Assembly (NCBI GenBank): GCA_040289575.1
Contig: PSLL01000016.1
Span: 54,373-64,832 of the forward strand
DNA length: 10,460 bases
From: Candidatus Dadabacteria bacterium
Lineage (GTDB): Bacteria; Desulfobacterota_D; UBA1144; Nemesobacterales; CSP1-2
Direction of reading: 5' to 3'
This document shows positions 1-6,869 of this stretch, one piece after another (positions within the stretch are counted from its first letter, which is position 1; each line of letters starts with the position of its first letter). The translations under genes were made by a program, and so were the position numbers. The notes beneath the pieces were generated by a model. It saw nothing but the letters and a program-made list of their open reading frames with translations. It did no database searches and had not been told where the DNA came from.

Positions 1-537
1 CATAAACCCTAAACCCCTCTTTGCGTCCTCACTCATTTTGCTTGGATCCCATGGCGGGTCCCATACAATCTCAATTGTCGCCTCTTTTACTCCGCGGATA
101 CCCTCTATAAGCATCTGAGACTCGGCGGCAATCTGTGCTGATGAAGGACATCCAGGCGCTGTCATGGTCATCTTCACATAAACATTGCCATCCTCTTTAA
201 TATCAACATCATATATTAGACCCAGGTTTACAATGTCTATGGGAATCTCAGGGTCGTAGACATCACTTAGAACCTCAAGAATCTTCTCTTTTGTGACCGT
301 CTCGACAGGAGAAGATTCTTCACTTTTTACCTCATGACCGGACTCAACATTATCAACTCGTACCCCATCTGCCTGCTGAGTTTCCATTATCTGATTAGGG
401 CCATTATCTCCCTCTCCGGTAAGCGTGCTTCCGCTCCGGTTTAGAGACTCTTCCATCCTTTGGGCTTCCGCTAGAGGTTTTTTGTCTTTTTCATTTTCTT
501 TCTTAAACACCTTTGAGAGCATATCTCCAAGCCCCAT
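1..537 (-). CDS. DUF59 / SufT-PaaD-like Fe-S cluster assembly protein with ~80-aa N-terminal extension (stop codon lies outside the window)
   Basis: Translated by hand: ATG at 537-535, AGGAGG SD at 550-545, 179 open codons to the window edge. The C-terminal part VTKEKILEVLSDVYDPEIPIDIVNLGLIYDV...MTMTAPGCP...IVWDPPWDPSKMSEDAKRGLGFM carries the DPE, T-x-T-x-x-x-CP and WDPPW hallmarks of DUF59. Confidence 0.93.
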   Translation of the reverse strand, partial: MGLGDMLSKVFKKENEKDKKPLAEAQRMEESLNRSGSTLTGEGDNGPNQIMETQQADGVRVDNVESGHEVKSEESSPVETVTKEKILEVLSDVYDPEIPIDIVNLGLIYDVDIKEDGNVYVKMTMTAPGCPSSAQIAAESQMLIEGIRGVKEATIEIVWDPPWDPSKMSEDAKRGLGFM

Positions 538-621
538 CTCTACACCTCCTTGATAACAAATATAATACCCGATTGGGCATCGGATGGTTAGAGCCAATCC
601 GATTAATGGCTCAGTCAGTGC

Positions 622-1140
622 CTATGCCGATTTCTTAATGGCAGCGAGCGCAGCGTCGTAGTTGGGATGTTGGGTAACTTCCTTGACGTACTCGGCATGT
701 TGCACGGTATTGTTTTTGTCTACCACAAATATGGCTCTGGCAAGGAGGCGATGTTCTTTAATCAAAACACCGTATGCCTCGCCAAATGAGGCGTCTTTAT
801 AATCGGATACAGTCTTTACCTTGTCAATCCCCGCAGCCCCACAGTAGCGCTTCTGTGCAAATGGAAGGTCCATGCTTATAGTAAGGATTTCCACATCTCC
901 AGGTAGCTTAGAAGCCTCCTCATTAAAACGCCTCGTCTGGGCATCACAAACAGGGGTATCTACTGATAAAACCACATTAAAAACCTTAACCTTACCCTTC
1001 AAATTATCCAATGTAATAGGCGATCCCAGGGCTTCAAGAACATGAAAATTTGGAGCCTTATCCCCGACTTTAATCTCAGGTCCCACTAAGGTTACCGGAT
1101 TCCCCCTCATCGTTATCGCGCCGTGCCTTTCCTGTGCCAT
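622..1140 (-). CDS. tpx: Thiol peroxidase Tpx (atypical 2-Cys peroxiredoxin)
   Basis: 172 aa; SVDTPVCDAQTRRFN peroxidatic Cys motif, ISMDLPFAQKRYCG resolving Cys, LLARAIFVVD, HPNYD C-terminus; AGGAGG SD upstream. Confidence 0.96.
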   Translation of the reverse strand: MAQERHGAITMRGNPVTLVGPEIKVGDKAPNFHVLEALGSPITLDNLKGKVKVFNVVLSVDTPVCDAQTRRFNEEASKLPGDVEILTISMDLPFAQKRYCGAAGIDKVKTVSDYKDASFGEAYGVLIKEHRLLARAIFVVDKNNTVQHAEYVKEVTQHPNYDAALAAIKKSA

Positions 1141-1176
1141 TGTGATATACCTCCTGATAATGTTTGTTATAGAACT

Positions 1177-1205
1177 AGACTATATATAAGACCCCCTAGT
1201 GTCAA
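1177..1205 (-). promoter_or_regulatory. Putative sigma70 promoter of tpx
   Basis: Minus strand TTGACA (1205-1200), 17-nt spacer, TAGTCT (1182-1177), 36 nt upstream of the tpx ATG. Confidence 0.7.
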
Positions 1206-1277
1206 TAGGAATGGTATCTCTTCATTACATCTGCGATGATAATTACCACAATAATTAGCTAAAAACAAGACGTGAAT

Positions 1278-1306
1278 TTGACAAACAGGGAAAAGTACAT
1301 GATAAT
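1278..1306 (+). promoter_or_regulatory. Putative sigma70 promoter of the cold-shock gene
   Basis: TTGACA (1278-1283), 17-nt spacer, GATAAT (1301-1306); 11 of 12 consensus positions match, A-rich tract upstream. Confidence 0.75.
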
Positions 1307-1325
1307 TATCAAATTAAAATCAAAG

Positions 1326-1358
1326 TATTGTCTGGTGTACAGCTTACGTCAGATGGTA
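1326..1358 (+). promoter_or_regulatory. 5' UTR hairpin directly upstream of the csp Shine-Dalgarno
   Basis: TATTGTCTGGTGTA (1326-1339) pairs with TACGTCAGATGGTA (1345-1358): 14 contiguous pairs including 5 G-U, 5-nt loop. SD AAGGAGG at 1363-1369. Confidence 0.6.
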
Positions 1359-1376
1359 ATTTAAGGAGGCATTCAG

Positions 1377-1583
1377 TTGCATAGAGGTAAAGTAAAGTGG
1401 TTTAACGAATCCAAAGGTTTTGGATTTATCGAGCAGGAGGGTGGTAAAGACATATTTGTTCATTACAGTGCCATCCAGGGTTCGGGTTTTAAAACCCTCA
1501 CAGAGGGCGATGTTGTAGAGTTCGATATTATTGAGGGCCCAAAGGGGCTTCAGGCAAGTAAGGTTACCAAGGTTAAGCAATAA
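1377..1583 (+). CDS. Cold-shock protein (CspA family)
   Basis: 68 aa; GKVKWFN, RNP1 KGFGFI, RNP2 IFVHYS, GFKTL, GPKGLQA; TTG start with AAGGAGG SD. The exact paralogue cannot be assigned. Confidence 0.97.
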   Translation: MHRGKVKWFNESKGFGFIEQEGGKDIFVHYSAIQGSGFKTLTEGDVVEFDIIEGPKGLQASKVTKVKQ

Positions 1584-1594
1584 GAAGTTCCTTC

Positions 1595-1831
1595 CTGAGA
1601 AATTCCTAAGTGTAATTCTCAGAAAAGTAGTCCTTGGAATAAATTCTAGAGGGGAAGCAGAGTAAATCGAAAGGTTGCTTTACTCCCCTGAATACAGCCT
1701 TATATGTAGATTGATTTGCAATCTGCAAATGGGATTGGTTTATCCAAATTGGTAATTCTAGAGCGGGCAAACACCAGGCTTGTCGGAAAGTCCCAAGTTT
1801 TTGGGATGAGTTCCGGTGTCTTTACCCATTC
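1595..1831. other. Cluster of inverted repeats / structured intergenic region
   Basis: CTGAGAA/TTCTCAG (1595-1622); AGGGGA..GAGTAAA-TCGAAAGG..TTTACTCCCCT (1650-1689); TGTAGATTG/CAATCTGCA or ATTTGCA/TGCAAAT (1705-1730); nested GGGCAAA-CACC..GGAA..TCCCAA/TTGGGA..TTCC-GGTG..TTTACCC (1765-1827). Confidence 0.5.
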
Positions 1832-1886
1832 AAGTAGCCAAGTCAATATTCAGGTAGAATAGTGGAAACAGAGCGGAGGCAATCTC

Positions 1887-3000
1887 ATGAGCTATTGTGC
1901 AACAGAAGAAGGTACGGCACGTTATCGGGATAAATTTAAAAACACGCTCGCGCGAGACCATTTTAGAGATTCTCAAAAATTATGGATGTCATCAATTGGA
2001 TTCGGCTCCTACCTGGGAAGTCATAACGAATCAACCGATATTAGATATAGAGACGCCGTGGTACGCGCCGTAGAGCTTGGCTGTAATAACATTGATACGG
2101 CTATTAATTACAGGTTTCAGCGCAGTGAACGCTCTATCGGAGCGGCTCTCGAAATCCTGTTTAAAGATGGAAAAGCCTCACGCGATGAGATAATCATTGC
2201 CACAAAGGGCGGATACATCCCCTTTGACGGCGCTCCCCCAAGGGATATAAATACGTACTTTGTGGAGACATTTGTAAAGCCAGGGATTGCAACATTTGAA
2301 GATATAGCTTCGAGAAGCCACTGTATGACCCCGCGTTATATTGAAAACCAGATTGAGTGCAGTCTTAAAAACCTTGGGCTCGAGTGTATTGACATCTACT
2401 ATATACACAATCCCGAAGAACAGCTTCAGGAGATGTCAAGACAGGGGTTCTACAGGCGCATAGAGGCCGCATTTGAGCTCTTAGAAAAGAAGGTTTCTCA
2501 AGGGAAGATAGCAATGTATGGCACTGCTACGTGGAACGGTTATCGCCAAGCCCCGGATGCCCCTGACTACTTATCAATTGAGGAAATTGTAAACATCGCA
2601 AAGAAGGTCGGAGGAGAAAATCACCACTTTAAGGTAATTCAGCTTCCCTTTAACCTCACAATGCCAGAGGCCCTCATTTCAAAGAATCAAAATGTTGATG
2701 GGCAAATGACATCTGTAATTGAAGCCGCAATGGAGGCTCGGAGTTACGGTTATTGCAAGCTCATCGCTTCTTCATAGTCAGCTTTCAAAGAATCTGCCCG
2801 ATTTTATAGCCAAGTGCCTGAGGGGATTAGATACAGATGCACAGCGCGCACTTCAGTTTGTCCGCTCAACCCCCGGAATCACATCGGCTCTTGTAGGGAT
2901 GAGCAGTATAAAGCACGTAGAAGAAAACATGAAGGTTGCAAAAACTCCACCTGCTCCAATAGATGATTTTGTGAGGCTATTTGCAGATGAAGAGGAATGA
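1887..3000 (+). pseudogene. Aldo/keto reductase split by a +1 frameshift (pseudogene or sequence error)
   Basis: ORF 1887-2777 has IGFGSY, DTAINY, ATKGG, IDIYYIHNP and IQLPFN (AKR Asp/Tyr/Lys/His tetrad). The AKR C-terminus (LGVTVIASSSL...AQRALQFVRSTPGITSALVGMSSIKHVEEN) lies in ORF 2719-3000. Removing one G from ATGGAGGCTC (2730-2739) gives one 370-aa frame. GGAGG SD at 1875-1879. Confidence 0.85.
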
Positions 3001-3001
3001 G

Positions 3002-3070
3002 AATTTGGCTTATAGCTCATAGTTGATAGTCAAAACTCATAACTACCGGCCATCAGCTATGAGCTAAATT
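3002..3070. repeat. Heptamer-periodic inverted repeat forming a long hairpin
   Basis: 3013-3031 TAGCTCATAGTTGATAGTC pairs with 3048-3066 GGCCATCAGCTATGAGCTA (18 of 19 pairs allowing G-U). An alternative register pairs 3002-3017 with 3055-3070. Built from ATAGCT(C/T/G)-like 7-mers. Confidence 0.75.
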
Positions 3071-3072
3071 AC

Positions 3073-5112
3073 ATGCTTTTTAAATTACCATTCAGTTTCC
3101 GAACCAAAATCTTCATCGTCCTTGGGGCTGTCGTTTTCCTCTCAATTACAACTGTACTCATTGTCATCCAAGAAACTACCAAAGACCGCATAAAGAAAAA
3201 CATAAGAGAGAGATTTGAAAATACTATTTACGCCTTCAGACAACTCCAAGAACTCCAAATCCAGTTTGCCTCCGATGAGATCGATTCACTTACAGTAGGC
3301 AATCCCCAATTTCGCACAATACTCTCGACGGCGTCTGTTGGAGCCGAAGACCTGGGTTTTGGCTCACCTACAGAACACAGCGAGATTTTAAAAGACGCAA
3401 ACCTAAGGCTCAATTCTATTCTTCCATTCCTCTCCATTTATCAGAAAGGCGATGTTTTTGTCGTTACAAATGCCAAGGGAGAGCTTCTATTTACAAAATC
3501 AGACCCAAATGAATTCGGCAAGAATATTGGCTTCCTCCCGCTCTTTCAAAAGGTATTTGAAAAAGGGGAGGCCTTAGATATATGGAACTCGCGTTTTCAC
3601 ATTCAAAAAGACATAAAAATCCTTCCCCAAGAAGATAAGACATCCGTATACCAGATGGTAGCAAAGCCCGTAATGTTTGGAGATGAGATCCATGGAGTGG
3701 TTTTTTGGGGCAGGCGTATTGACAGAAGAACTCTCCAAAGCATAAAAGAGATCTCGTCCGTAGACATAGCCCTATACTCAAAAGAAGGCATTAATACCTC
3801 TAAACTCTCTCTTGAAAAAGAAGAAGAACTCTCAAAACTCATTAGCGTAATATATAAACAAACAACCACAGGCACTGTAGGTGAATTATCATTGGGTAGA
3901 GAGCAGTTTATGGCAATGAGGTCTTCTATACTTCCGGGCACACCGATTGAGGAAGGTGGATTCATAGTTCTGAAATCCCTTACCGAAGAACTCGGCTTTC
4001 TTAGAAAACTACAGATCACAATCCTCTCTATAGGAGGATTTATTCTGGCTATATCTCTAGCCCTCAGCTTTCTTTTGGCAGGTGGAGTTACAAAACCTGT
4101 TAGAACCCTTGCCATTGCATCAGGGAGAATCGGGCAGGGAGAGCTTGAGACAAGTGTTGAGATACGCACAGGGGATGAGCTTGAGCAACTCGGCGGCGCA
4201 TTCAACGAGATGGTAAAAGGTTTAAAAGAAAGGGAGTTTATAAAAAACACATTTGAGCGTTATGTCTCAAAGACAGTCGCCTCAGAAATCATTAAGAATC
4301 CAGAGATGGTACGTCTTGGAGGAACAAAGAAGGAGCTTACGGTTATGTTCTCAGACATTGGCGGATTTACCGCTTTATCGGAAACACTGACGCCTGAGGA
4401 GGCAGTAAGACACCTTAACGAATATTTCGAGGGGATAAGCTCCGCAATCCTTGAATTTGACGGAACGTTAAATCAATTTCAGGGAGATGCAGTCGTGGCA
4501 TTCTGGGGAGCACCAATCCCACAGGAAAACCATGCCGCGCTTGCCTGCCTTTCCGCACTCAGATGTCGGGAGTTTCTCAAAAGTCTTCAAGAGAAATGGA
4601 TGGCGCATGGGATTCCGGAGAGGACATTCCGATTCGGCATCAGCACCGGGGAGATGGTAGTAGGAAATATCGGCTCTTCGTCTCGATTTGAATATACAGT
4701 GATAGGAGACGAGGTGAACCTGGCAAGCAGATTGGAAGGAGCAAACAAGATTTACGGAACACAGATACTTATCTTAGAGAAAACCTACGAGCTTGCAAAT
4801 GAAAAAATTGTTGGGAGAGAATTAGATATTATCCGCGTTGTGGGAAAATCTCAGCCTGTAAGAATCTATGAACTCGTTTCAGAAAAGGGGAAATCAGACG
4901 ATAGAGGAATCGGAATTTTAGAGAAATTCCAATTAGGGATTAATCTCTACAGAGAACGGAAATGGAAAGAATCAACAGAATATTTCCAAAAAATATTGGA
5001 CTTAGACCCAAACGATAAACCGTCCCAAGAGTACCTGAGACGCTGTAAGGAATATGAGAACTCACCGCCTCCTCCAGACTGGCAAGGAGTGTTTGAGCTA
5101 AAGAGTAAGTAG
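3073..5112 (+). CDS. Membrane-bound class III adenylate/guanylate cyclase (TM - extracytoplasmic sensor, possibly Cache-like - TM - HAMP - cyclase - TPR-like tail)
   Basis: 679 aa; N-terminal hydrophobic helix, second TM before HAMP (VTKPVRTL...RTGDELEQLGGAFNEMVKGL), catalytic MFSD428IGGFT, GD472AVVAFWGAP, EYT542VIGDEVN549LASR553LEG, VVGK, and a C-terminal LYRERKW...DPNDKPS...PPPDWQGV tail. Confidence 0.95.
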   Translation: MLFKLPFSFRTKIFIVLGAVVFLSITTVLIVIQETTKDRIKKNIRERFENTIYAFRQLQELQIQFASDEIDSLTVGNPQFRTILSTASVGAEDLGFGSPTEHSEILKDANLRLNSILPFLSIYQKGDVFVVTNAKGELLFTKSDPNEFGKNIGFLPLFQKVFEKGEALDIWNSRFHIQKDIKILPQEDKTSVYQMVAKPVMFGDEIHGVVFWGRRIDRRTLQSIKEISSVDIALYSKEGINTSKLSLEKEEELSKLISVIYKQTTTGTVGELSLGREQFMAMRSSILPGTPIEEGGFIVLKSLTEELGFLRKLQITILSIGGFILAISLALSFLLAGGVTKPVRTLAIASGRIGQGELETSVEIRTGDELEQLGGAFNEMVKGLKEREFIKNTFERYVSKTVASEIIKNPEMVRLGGTKKELTVMFSDIGGFTALSETLTPEEAVRHLNEYFEGISSAILEFDGTLNQFQGDAVVAFWGAPIPQENHAALACLSALRCREFLKSLQEKWMAHGIPERTFRFGISTGEMVVGNIGSSSRFEYTVIGDEVNLASRLEGANKIYGTQILILEKTYELANEKIVGRELDIIRVVGKSQPVRIYELVSEKGKSDDRGIGILEKFQLGINLYRERKWKESTEYFQKILDLDPNDKPSQEYLRRCKEYENSPPPPDWQGVFELKSK

Positions 5113-5127
5113 AGGTATAGCTTTACT

Positions 5128-5196
5128 ATGGCTACGATTACTTTAAAAAACATACTTGAACTTCCCTACAAGCGTCTTAAGCAGGATGGGTCATAA
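5128..5196 (+). pseudogene. Truncated Arc/FitA-like ribbon-helix-helix antitoxin relic
   Basis: GAGGT SD-like sequence, then MATITLKNILELPYKRLKQDGS* (22 aa), resembling the M-x-T-I-T-x-K-N-I-P-x-x-x-Y-x-R-L-K start of RHH antitoxins; its stop overlaps the following PIN frame. Confidence 0.7.
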
Positions 5197-5354
5197 TAGT
5201 TGTTGACACAAATGTTATTGCCTATCTCTGGATTCTGGGGACACATACTGCACAGGTTGAGCGAGTTTTTAAGAAAGATACTGAGTGGGTTGCTCTACTT
5301 CTTTCTGAATCTTCATCAATAGCTGTTGCCTTGGACAAGTTTAGTTTTTTATAG
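5193..5354 (+). pseudogene. vapC: VapC/PIN-domain toxin relic (start codon lost, internal deletion)
   Basis: Frame reads (I)IVVDTNVIAYLWILGTHTAQVERVFKKDTEWVALLLSESSSIAVALDKFSFL*; IVVDTN is the PIN N-terminal motif. The first codon is ATA within ATAA, where a coupled ATGA is expected. Only 53 codons, far shorter than a complete PIN domain. Confidence 0.8.
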
Positions 5355-5407
5355 CAGGTCAGGAGATTACTTTAGATGAACTTTTCGGTGGTTTTGTCAA
5401 ATGCCAC

Positions 5408-5670
5408 TCAGGCTATAGAACCTCCCTTAGAGGGATTGCATTTTTCGTTCAATATTACGTGCTGTGTTCCCACCCCTTTCTCCCGGCTTCCACACCTAAA
5501 GCATTTCCCACCATCGCGCGCCATACCTCTCTCCTAACTTTAGTTGGTATTGGCCCTCTCCTACCACTCAACGATGCGGCCATCCCTGTTTCACACATGC
5601 CTCAATAAGGAGAAATATTTTTCTATCTCCTCTTTTTTAAACCTCTTCTCTCTTTCTAATGCCCATTTTT
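5408..5670 (-). pseudogene. HNH endonuclease relic
   Basis: Minus strand, across frameshifts: GRRGPIPTKVRREVWR / DGGKCFRCGSREK / GGNTARNIE / EKCNPSKGGSIA* (TGA 5410-5408). This matches the R-x-x-I-P-x-x-V-R-x-x-V-W-x-R-D-G-G-x-C-x-x-C-G...GG-x-N-T-x-x-N-I...C-N-x-x-K-G pattern. The 5' boundary is uncertain. Confidence 0.8.
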
Positions 5671-5712
5671 GATATTCCCCAGTTCCAACTCAACTTTCCA
5701 GTATAAATCGCA

Positions 5713-6744
5713 TTATCTAAAATACGGAATCACTTCCTCTGTTAAGACTTTATAGCTCCAATCACGGTCGGCGCTGAAGTTGTGTATGAGGAAATGATTT
5801 ACTCCGGCATCAATATATTCCTCTATTCTCTTTATGCAATCCCTAGCTGAGCCTGATAGTGTGAAATCAAACACGGCTTCTTTTGAGAACAGCTTGCCCT
5901 GCTCTATTATTTTTTGTTTCTCTCTTTCATCAGTTGTAATCACTTTCATATAACCAAACCCCTTATACTCTTCGGGGAGTTTAATACCGTATGCCTCCTC
6001 ATAAATCTCAGACCAGATTATTGTGTGTCTCATGTGCTCCACAGCCTTAAAAGCCTCCTCTTTGTCATTCGCAATTGATGTAAAGAGATACTGACATTTA
6101 TCAAACTTATCCAAATTGCCTCCCACATTTTTCCTCCACTCCTCTACCTGCTTTCTCTTCCTGGCAAAGAGGAAGGGAGGTTGAGGAAGGGTTATCCATC
6201 CATCGCCCATCTCGGCGGCAACGCGAAGGCTCTTCGGACGGTGTGCGGCAATGTATATTGGAACCCTTCCCCTAATCGGCTTTGCGCCCAAAACCGCCTT
6301 TTTGAATTGGAAGAACTCGCCCTCAAAATCAAAAGGCTCTGGGCTTTCCCAGAGCCTTCTTATGAGTTTTATTGATTCAACCATTCGTGAAAGAGGACGA
6401 TTCCACTTTATGCCATAAGGGTCAAGGTTCATTGCCTCGCCGATACCTAGACCCAGTATGAATCTTCTGTTTGTTAGATGGTCGAGTGTAGAAAGGCGCT
6501 GTGCCAGCACTGCGGGATGAAATTTATGAGCATCCGAAAAAGAGCCCATGGAGATTCTATTTGTAATAACACTTGCCGCCGCAATCGTTGATAGAACATC
6601 AAATGCAACGGGTCTCATAAAAACCATATGGTCCCCGGCCCAGAAGCTATCAAACCCGGAATCCTCGGCACGCTTTATAAAGTCGAGAACCCTCCTTGGT
6701 TCTTCACCAGCCGGTGCAACGATACCGAATTTTAGTTTAGACAT
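5713..6744 (-). CDS. LLM-class (luciferase-like) flavin-dependent oxidoreductase
   Basis: 343 aa; AEDSGFDSFWAGDH, HPAVLAQRLSTLDHLT..RFILGLGIGE, FEGEFF, PIYIAA..PKSLRVAAEMGDGW, IEEYIDAGVNHF, EEVIPYF. FMN versus F420 use cannot be decided by eye. Confidence 0.93.
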   Translation of the reverse strand: MSKLKFGIVAPAGEEPRRVLDFIKRAEDSGFDSFWAGDHMVFMRPVAFDVLSTIAAASVITNRISMGSFSDAHKFHPAVLAQRLSTLDHLTNRRFILGLGIGEAMNLDPYGIKWNRPLSRMVESIKLIRRLWESPEPFDFEGEFFQFKKAVLGAKPIRGRVPIYIAAHRPKSLRVAAEMGDGWITLPQPPFLFARKRKQVEEWRKNVGGNLDKFDKCQYLFTSIANDKEEAFKAVEHMRHTIIWSEIYEEAYGIKLPEEYKGFGYMKVITTDEREKQKIIEQGKLFSKEAVFDFTLSGSARDCIKRIEEYIDAGVNHFLIHNFSADRDWSYKVLTEEVIPYFR

Positions 6745-6760
6745 GACAAATTACATTTTG

Positions 6761-6825
6761 CCACAGAGGACACAGAGTTCACAGAGGGCTTTTACTTAAA
6801 ATTCTTTTATCTGTGTGATCTGTGG
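6761..6825. repeat. Nonamer-periodic inverted repeat (CACAGAG x3 / TCTGTG x2)
   Basis: CACAGAG at 6762, 6771 and 6780, complementary TCTGTG at 6810 and 6819; both arms have 9-nt periodicity around an AT-rich loop. Confidence 0.8.
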
Positions 6826-6853
6826 ATAGCAAATAAAGTGGATAGCAAATAAA
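6822..6853. repeat. Exact 16-bp tandem duplication
   Basis: GTGGATAGCAAATAAA at 6822-6837 and 6838-6853. Confidence 0.92.
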
Positions 6854-6869
6854 TTTGTTACTACACCGA

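Noticed and set aside
591..612. GAGCCA/TGGCTC hairpin after tpx as an intrinsic terminator
   Set aside because: Only a 6-bp stem and no U-tract on the minus strand; tpx and the DUF59 gene may be co-transcribed.
1761..1831. c-di-GMP-I (GEMM) riboswitch, suggested by GGGCAAAC and GAAA
   Set aside because: Lacks the GACGCAAAG junction and the second stem of that family; the pairing pattern differs.
1855..1860. TAGAAT as -10 box of a reductase promoter
   Set aside because: No matching -35 at 16-18 nt and no extended TG; too weak to call.
1344..2408. Antisense ORFs 1344-1580 and 2178-2408
   Set aside because: Shadows of csp and the aldo/keto reductase with no family motifs.
2719..3000. 93-aa ORF as an independent gene
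   Set aside because: It is the C-terminal part of the aldo/keto reductase; the TTG start has no SD.
3603..4250. 215-aa antisense ORF (and the shorter 3228-3437, 3491-3781, 4947-5153) inside the cyclase gene
   Set aside because: Opposite a well-supported gene, no recognisable motifs; the long ORF has the Ser/Pro-rich composition typical of shadow frames.
3073..5354. Cyclase plus downstream toxin as a Pycsar/CBASS-like defence system
   Set aside because: The cyclase has sensor-HAMP signalling architecture, there is no cyclic-nucleotide-binding effector gene, and the downstream genes are dead relics.
5372..5400. Minus-strand TTGACA as an antisense promoter into the TA relic
   Set aside because: No acceptable -10 hexamer at 16-18 nt spacing.
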